64,000 nucleotides of DNA, from assembly GCF_964204645.1 (NCBI RefSeq), contig NC_134026.1, forward strand, positions 27,934,150 through 27,998,149, written 5' to 3'. Position numbers and translations under genes: made by a program. Of the stretch, positions 53,637 through 64,000 are shown piece after piece (the first letter of the stretch is position 1; each line of letters starts with the position of its first letter). The DNA is from Tubulanus polymorphus. Its lineage: Eukaryota > Animalia > Nemertea. The notes beneath the pieces were generated by a model, which did not search any database, was not told the DNA's origin, and worked only from the letters and a program-made list of their open reading frames with translations.

Positions 53637-54642
53637 TTTACAAGCGAGTTTTTGAAGTCAGATTATCATTATCTGAATAGATAAATAGATATACGTACTC
53701 AGTTTGAATTTTCTCAGTGGAAAAACTAATCATGAAAAAATTGATCTTACTGACGATGAATACATACCACAGCTACGGAGGATGAAGCTAAAAGAATCTA
53801 AAATTCACTTTCAGCTATATAAATATAGATTTTATTGACGCACGCTGACTTTCGATAAGAGAATTTTTCATTATTTTCTGGCGCATCATTTGCAGATACG
53901 AATAAAATCTTTAGAACAGATTCTAAAAGAGCATATGTGCGGCCGCAAACGTTGCTATATTTCTGTCATAAAATGGCGATTAAATAAAATTTACTCGATG
54001 TAAACGAAAAACCACATTTCTTTGTGTAGATGTGTTTGAACGATGAAAAATACAAAAATGATTGTTAAGTCAAGCTGTAGCATGACATGAAAATGTAAAT
54101 TTATATTATCAATTTCCAAAATCATATAAAATAACGACATTTACATAAAGTAACATAAGATCTGACAATTATATCATATAAAAATCGCACCATTTCACCT
54201 CATCAAATCTAATTTCATGGCGGGCTTTCGTTTTCAATGTTAAAAGTGATGCGACAAGAATTTCTCCGCGAATATCTGAGAATACGATGTGAAAATATCG
54301 CTACTTACCAAAATATGACAATAATTTCATTTATGTAAGTTTCTAACATTTTATAATCCATTATATCTCTCCAATCTTGCCATCTCGCAGTTAGTTCGCA
54401 CCAATCTCCAACCGTTTGACTTCACAAGATGTGTTTACACCAGCGCGCGTTATAATCAAGGTATCTTTCACACCTGTATGTCGTTGGAGCTGTTTTTATT
54501 ATTTAGATCAAGAATTCCATCGATACGGTACTGGTATAATTATGCCGTCTTGGGTGAAGAACTTACCGCTGTTTAAATGCCGCGCCGAGGTTAAGTAAAA
54601 ACTTCGCGTCTACTTTTATCCTAAATCATAAACAAATATCAA

Positions 54643-54651
54643 GACCACCCA
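54643..54651 (+). promoter_or_regulatory. Perfect GLI consensus GACCACCCA in the NOS/HPD divergent intergenic region
   Basis: Exact 9-mer, ~330 bp upstream of a strong minus-strand donor (g|gtaagt, ~54308) that probably ends a non-coding NOS first exon. Function is untested. Confidence 0.4.
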
Positions 54652-55041
54652 AAAAACATAGTATTATCGCTACGTATCGAAAATCGATGTGAAAGAAAAT
54701 TCTTTTGACGCGTCTTGACATTTTGGTTAGTGATAACTATAAAAATGCGTAAATGTTTATCATTATCAATGAATTAATGTGAATGAAGTACGTCTGAAAC
54801 TGGGTATGATTATACCATGAACTCTAAACGAAGATTCGACGATTTTGATTCGTATTAAATGAAAAATTCAGTGCGCAACTCTTCATCGAAATTCCCTCGG
54901 AATCTGATGCGCATACACTCACGGGATTTGGCGCGAAGATCTGTCAAATATTGGGTTCGAGTCCTACTATATCGCAATAATTATCGTAATTCCAGCCATT
55001 ACCGCCCCCTACAATAACTTGTACTGGCAAGCGACTGTAGA

Positions 55042-57729
<2,688 letters not shown>

Positions 57730-59537
57730 GCAAACACTTGTTGCTCAATCGATGGCAGGTTTCTTCCTCTGTATATTAGTATTAATCATGTGTTATGTTG
57801 GTTTATGGTTTAATGATATTTTAGTTAAGGGTTATCGAATATCATGCAGTGTTAATATCAATACCTCTCACTCAGTATCTTCCTAGAGATGAACCGAGAT
57901 CTGACTATGTTTTACATTGATTTTATATTCGTACATATAAAGATCCTTTGATTCAATGTTAATCTTTTATATGTATGCATCATTGTTCCAAATTCAGTTT
58001 ATCGCAATAATGCAATTCACTATTGCCTAAATTGGCAAGTGCTTTTGTGGTGTTAGCAAAATTTAAGTATGATTTATTGCGTTACTGTCCTCAGAGTACA
58101 TTCCTTCCTAGTCATTACACTATACAACTTAGTTCTCAGTATTTGTATAGATTGATTGATCTCACTCTTCATAAAAGCATTTATGATGACTAAATGATCT
58201 GCCCCTTTGGTAGCTTTATTCATTTTAATCTATATAACCAGAGTTTATTGTATTACTCATGTAATAGTCTACTTTTTAGTTCAGGTTCCTGTGAGTTATA
58301 TTCTTGGTATCAGTCGCCGTTTAAGGTTTTTAAAGTTTAGCAAGTATACACCTTGGCTTCTATGAACACGATAATAATTCAACCAGTATTCCCTCAACAT
58401 TCCAAATATCTATAACTTGTGCGCACTTTTGTGATAGTATTTTATTAGAAATAAATGCAGTAGTTGTAATTGAAGTCATTTTGTCGATATGTTGTATTTT
58501 TATTTCCAATCAAGGTTTGTAGAAATGAAGCAATAGTAAGCACTTTTAGTGCGAAGTGTAGCACTTTGAATTGTGCCTGTCTGCTCCTCACGATTTGTGA
58601 AACCATCACCTGGAGTGTATTCTTCATCTCTGGATTGATTATTTTCACCCAAAAATATATCATAGAAGGAAAGAAGGGGAAGTTTTTTCAATGTTTTTGA
58701 TGAATGATCATTCAGAAATGTTAATGAATAATTTATTCTATATATTAATACTAATCAATTGGTAAGCAAGACACATGATGACAGATCTATTTGCAAAAAA
58801 TATATATCTAATAGGCCTATCCTTTAGAATTTTAGGACGGATTCAAAGTACCATAGTTAATTAGAATTAGGCGCCACACTGGTCCTTATCGTACATATAT
58901 AACACAAATAATGAGAAAATCTATATTCTGTTTCTGGCAGTAAATATGTGCTGCTATTTCAGTTCCCAGAGATTCCGCTATCGTTATCTTTAGGGGCAGC
59001 ACTGGACGGTCAAGATCTAACAGTGCCTTGCTAATCTACTGCGGCATGCGAAGTTTACTGATATTTTCTAGCCGGATTTCATTCATCACTCGACTGTAAC
59101 TTGTTTTAAATTAATCATTGTATCAAATTATAAACTTATTTCAGGAGATTCGCTTTTGCAAACGATATTCAAACCACCTTTAATAGTGTTCTTTTACTCA
59201 GCGAATGTATTTAAAATCGGTGAAAAGTGACGACTCGCGCGCCACAGGAAGAATTTAAAGCAAATTAAATTATATTCCCAAAGTTTTTCAGACCATCAGA
59301 CAAAAATCTAATTCAAAAAGTAACACTTTTCGTGATAAGTGATCAGGGCATCAACAAATCTTTTCCCAAAATATGTAGCAGTAGACTTGCTACAAATTGC
59401 CACTAATAGATAGCTGATGGCTACATGAAAAACTTAAAAAATTAAGTTTAATAAAAAAAAACAATTTATTATCAGACAAGTATCTAAAGACAATGGAGTA
59501 CAAGATTTCTTTATAAACAATATCAGAAATAAGTGAA

Positions 59538-60467
59538 TTACTGTATAGTCCAAGGTCTTTCAGATTCACGTTGTCTGTCTAAATCTTTCATGGCTTTTTT
59601 CGGTGGCTGAAGTCTATCAGAGATGCCGTGTCGCTTTTTTCTTTTTTGAATGTTCATATAAGAGTCATCGTCTTCATTATTCTGTTCATAGACGTATTCC
59701 CCGTCATAAGACTGAATATCTTCAGTAAATTGAGGTTGACTAGATTCCTTTTCCACCGAATTATCAGCTGTAATATTTGGTTTATTGTTTATAACATGAA
59801 CAAATTGGCATTTAGTCCCATATCGACAATGTCCTCTCATAAACTGCCTGCACGGCAGTTTTTTACCGCGCCTTGCCTTCCCCTTTTCAACATCTGCAAC
59901 AGTCAATTTAACATGTTTTTCCAAGACAGAATTCTTCATAGCTTCTGCCTGTGTATATGGATTTGAATAGATAGAATTTTGTATCGTGTTCTCCTGGCCA
60001 GCTTCCAATACTTGATGAGCCGATGGTAACCTTATTTGAGAAGTGGGAGACAATGGTGCCTCGTCTTCGTCCTCCTCCGCTTCACTCTCAGATTCTGGAG
60101 ACGATTCCTCATCAGCACCATCAAAAAATCCAGCAGCACCTTTCTCACATTTTGCTTTAACACTGAAAAAAAATATGTATTCTTGTAGTTTTATTACGTT
60201 TTGTCCCGACCACAATCAGTGGGAAAAACGACGGCGTCTGATGGCGCCATCTATAAATAAAAAAAATTCTGTAGATTCCACGGTTAATTTCGTTTTTTTT
60301 CATCTTCCTATGATGTCTCAGAAAAATTCTTTGCAGAATCTATGAGATAATACTTAGTTTAAGACGTACGGGGATGATTTTTGTATAACAGGCGTTGCAC
60401 GAGGCGTATCTTCTTGATTTGCGTCGCTATCAGATTCTGAACCGTAATCCGCAACCAAGGACGCCAT
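59538..60467 (-). CDS. Uncharacterised single CCCH zinc-finger protein, 2 exons (60467-60370, 60162-59538), ~240 aa
   Basis: Exon 1 MASLVADYGSESDSD...SSP joins through a phase-2 GT-AG intron to the 225-aa ORF. It contains C-x7-C-x5-C-x3-H (CRQFMRGHCRYGTKCQFVH), an acidic tract and the basic NLS-like KRKKRH. Confidence 0.85.
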
Positions 60468-60665
60468 GATGATTTGATAAGTCAGGCGGCGCTGTAAATT
60501 AACGCGGAACTCACAGAATTTGATGAATTCAGTTCATTTTTTCTGAACAACGCGCTATCTTAATTTACAAATATGATATTTAAGACGGCGATTAAAAGCA
60601 AATGCTAAGATTCTGGAATTTGCTGCATCATGTTTAGCTACCCCTGTCAGCCGGTACAGCCACGA

Positions 60666-60750
60666 TTTCCGGGAGTGATCGGAGCGCACGCGCACGCTGA
60701 TTGGCTATTTTAACCGGTACTTTCAATCAGCTGATGACGACAGATGGCGC
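60666..60750. promoter_or_regulatory. Candidate bidirectional housekeeping promoter between the CCCH gene and the P-loop NTPase gene
   Basis: The two start codons are only ~560 bp apart, head to head. NRF1-like gcgcacgcgca (60684-60694), CCAAT box ctgattggct (60697-60706) and YY1-like agatggcg (60742-60749). Confidence 0.55.
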
Positions 60751-61027
60751 CTTTGCCGCTAAGAGAAACGAAATGATTAATTAGAAATTCGGACAATATA
60801 TGCCAGTAATTGATCAAATTTTTGTGTTTAAGCTTTAAGAAACTTAGCGATAATCAATTTGATAATTTGGCTCAAGATAACCGTTGCAGTTCTGAGGCGA
60901 ACTGGTATTTAATGACGTTTACACTTGTTGAGAATTTGCAGACATTTTCGGAGTTGGGGAGACGTCTTTCGTTGCTCGTTTACAGCTCGCCCATTTCAGC
61001 TGTTGACGTCTCGAGTGTGACTGCCAA

Positions 61028-62931
61028 ATGTCTGGAAAAGTAAAAACCAGAATTTCGGCAAATGCTGCCGATTCCGCATCGCTCAGCGTAAATGAGCGGA
61101 TCCTGAAAGAATGCCACACCTTGTATACCGATCCGGACAATGGTGAGTTTATGTGACGTGTCTTGCTTTAGATGAAGTGTTTTTCTTCATTTTTTTCATG
61201 TCGACTGACGATAGTGATACACTGACTGACATGGTGGCCCATCGACCAGCACACTATTTTACTGGAGTGTGTCTGTCAGCAATATTTTATAATTTCAGAA
61301 ACCCATATGGTGACTCATTTTGTAATTTTGAAAATATTTGTTGTAATATGTCAATCCTAAACTGCCTCTGGCGCTATGGTAGTAGTGTAAGACAAGACAG
61401 CAATGGGACAAATAGACAGTCCTACTACGACATGTATTACTTATAACCTGCAGGTATAGGTTATAACCGGTAGGCACATATGATACAGACTACAGTAAGC
61501 TTATAGAGAGGGCACCATTTTAGAAAGTATGAGTCAAGCTTTAGTCTACACAAGGAAGGTCTGTTGTAGGCCTCACTTTAAAGGATTGTTTGTCACCTGT
61601 CACTAAGAAATTAGCTCTGTAAAGTCTTATAAATGTTTTTTGTATCTGTGTATGTCTCGTCGTTGAGACAGTGTATGTTTATTTTTGGATCAATTCTGTC
61701 GAACGTGTTTGGACCTTTTGGTTGGACCTGCAAGAGTAAAGGCTTCAGGCGAGACTGGTATACTTGAGACCGAGTTTCTGTCAATAGATACTTTATTTCT
61801 GGTTTCAAACTATCTGGCAATGGTATTTTCTGCTTTGTTGACATTTCATTTCCACTGGAAATGACGGATCAGGGCAGCTGGAAGCAATATCATATTTAAT
61901 GAATTTAGGCCTGTATTTTTACTCAAAAAGATATGAAGATTTATGGCTATTCATTATATTCAAAATAACTAAGCTATGAATTATTGGGATCGAGCTGGTC
62001 CTATAAATTATGGTTAGCCTGTATAACTAGCAGATAGAAGCTACCTGTGGAATATTCCATTCCTATAGATTTTTCGGATACGTGGAGATTGGTCAGGCTA
62101 CAGGTTTAATAATAAGTTTTCAATAGGCCTACTGCCCTGAACAACTCATGATATATACTCAATGATATTTGACTTGATGTAAGTTTGTCATTTATTAAGA
62201 AGGTCATTGATTGATAGCCTGCATTAGTTAGCCTAACTGGTTAGTGGACTAGTGAATCTGAACCACCTTAAGCCTATTTTAGTAATTTTGAGGATTAACT
62301 GCATTAATAAGTATTGATATACTGTTTGCATTTGTGAACATTCATAGTATAACGGTAGCCTAGATTTTGTCAAGTTAAGAATGGTAAAACCATTGCATCA
62401 TATTTTGCAAAAGAACGCAGAAGCTGGTTGCACAACTTGTGTGCAACATCCCTGAACATTATGAATGGATTTCTGCTTTCCATGATTCATTCATACCCAG
62501 GAAGATCGATAATATATTCACGAGCCCATCCTTTTACTGAATGGCTTGTGCTGTACATCGACTATCTGTAGTTACTGAATTACGGTAGAAAGATAGACTT
62601 TTAAGAAATTACTATAAGATCTTCCATCACCACCACAGACACATATGTAAATTCCCATCCAGTTACATCATCAGTGCATATTAATATAACCCAGTCATCT
62701 TAGATATTATTCATTAAAACTATAAAACCTGATGTTGATGTCATTACATTTTTTTCCTAGAAACATTAAACCATGGTCCAATTACCCTGTATATAACCTG
62801 TTTTCTGAATATCGTTTAGGGTTGATAAAGATCGCAGAAAATCTTGGTCTTTCCTTGTTGGCGCCGAGGAAGAAAATAACCGTTCTTCTGATTGGAAACC
62901 ATTCTGCGGGCAAAAGTTCTTTCGTCAATTG
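61028..62931 (+). CDS. 5' part of an EHD/sarcalumenin-like (dynamin superfamily) P-loop NTPase; exons 61028-61142 and 62820-62931; further exons not found in the window
   Basis: MSGKVKTRIS...NERILKECHTLYTDPDNG|LIKIAENLGLSLLAPRKKITVLLIGNHSAGKSSFVNW. The phase-1 splice is consistent. The P-loop GxxSxGKSSFxN is typical of dynamin-like/EHD G-domains. Confidence 0.75.
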
Positions 62932-63847
62932 GTGAGTATTTATTTTAGCACTATGTTCTATTATAACATAAATCAGTGAATAATCATTAATCAAAATGTG
63001 ATTTATTACATATGCTTAAACTTTTCATCGTTCATCAGTGTTCTGCTGTATAAACTAGAAGAAAAACCCTGCTTTATTCTGCTGTATTGTTCAAATTTTG
63101 GTCTTAGGGGAATCAAGTTGAAAAATTATTATTACAATAGGTGATAATTCAAGTCTTAATAACACCCATTACTTCCTGTAAATGTTTTAACCAATTATCA
63201 TATGGTTTTCCTGCTGAAAATAATATTGCTTTTCGATCTATGATTCAAAAGATTTTATACGCGTTTTCACCCACAAACGTAAATTGTATGTGATTAAGGG
63301 GAATACAGAAACCCACCTCATTCTCCGAAATCGTGTTCAAGTTTCAGCTGGTGGGCGTGTCCGCTTTTAATGTTTCGAAACAATGATCGATTTTTCTGAA
63401 AGTGTGGGAGAATTAGCCTTTCGGCTGTTACCACAGTGATCGCAATTGATTATAGGCCTATAATATATTAGTTGAATTCATATCGTAAAATAAAATAAAC
63501 GTGGACCTGATTCAACGGTGAAGGGTTTAATGTGATCCTCGAGTGAAAACTAGACGATTTGCATTTGATGAAGATTTAGATATTAACGGCAGTAGCATCC
63601 ATGTTTGTTAATTGTGAATTTCTTTACTATTTTCATCAGGTATTTACCTTCAAACGATATTAGATACTTGTCATAAACAACCAGTATGTTCGTTGTATAC
63701 ATTTATTCATTATGACTGTGAGTTTTGCCTGTCATTGTAATGCTTGTCACAAGTTATAATGTAACAGTTATGTTGTTGCATAGCATCTTTCTGAGCTTAC
63801 AATATTATTTGATATAGGCCTATTCAATAAAACTTTGTGTTTCTAGC

Positions 63848-64000
63848 ACAGGTGGTGTTCAGTCGTACATGTTCATAGCCTCGTGATCACGCATGTGGTT
63901 TTGACCCAGGCCAGATTAGGTCAACCATTTACACTCACACTGTTAATGGGGCCATGTCTCTTGGGCTGACCAAGAACGTTGAACCAGACCCTTGCCAAAC
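63848..64000 (+). mobile_element. Possible degenerate tRNA-derived SINE, truncated by the window end
   Basis: Abrupt GC rise inside an intron, with an A-box-like (tggtgttcagtcg) and a decayed B-box-like (ggttttgaccc) sequence. Pattern impression only. Confidence 0.25.

Noticed and set aside
52898-53655. Plus-strand ORFs overlapping the NOS first exon, and similar antisense ORFs over the GPCR and CCCH genes
   Set aside because: Shadow frames of real coding exons with no recognisable domains.
54929-54968. B-box ggttcgagtcc suggesting a tRNA gene (similar motif on the minus strand at ~21037-21049)
   Set aside because: No convincing A-box, cloverleaf or acceptor stem; at most a SINE relic.
63100-63430. 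TTAA-GG-type ends suggestive of a non-autonomous DNA transposon
   Set aside because: A matching second terminal repeat and TSD could not be identified by eye.

Overview
AT-rich, gene-dense animal genomic DNA with many short (~70-100 nt) GT-AG introns. It looks like a marine invertebrate, probably spiralian (inference; no species call). The ORF track only gives exon fragments, so I assembled the genes by hand from splice sites. Ten protein-coding genes, in order: yippee-like YPEL (-); LRRC74-like LRR/EF-hand gene (+) with an intronless class A GPCR nested antisense in one intron; PRODH2-like proline/hydroxyproline dehydrogenase (-); PI3K p85-type regulatory subunit with an expanded SH3-C1-SAM-C1-RhoGAP-SH2-iSH2-SH2 architecture (+); patched (+); PDZ-containing nNOS-type nitric oxide synthase (-); HPD (+); a CCCH zinc-finger protein (-); and the first two exons of an EHD/sarcalumenin-like P-loop NTPase (+, incomplete in this window). 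The strongest non-coding signal is a set of 13 GLI/Ci motifs (GACCACCCA, at most 1 mismatch) in the promoter and long introns of patched. A further perfect GLI site lies upstream of the neighbouring NOS, which suggests a possible Hedgehog-to-nitric-oxide link. Other points: alternative first coding exons in patched and LRRC74 (one with a GC-AG intron) and possible ancient linkage of gene neighbours. No rRNA, intact tRNA, CRISPR array or intact transposase was found. Coordinates were read by eye and may be off by a few bases.
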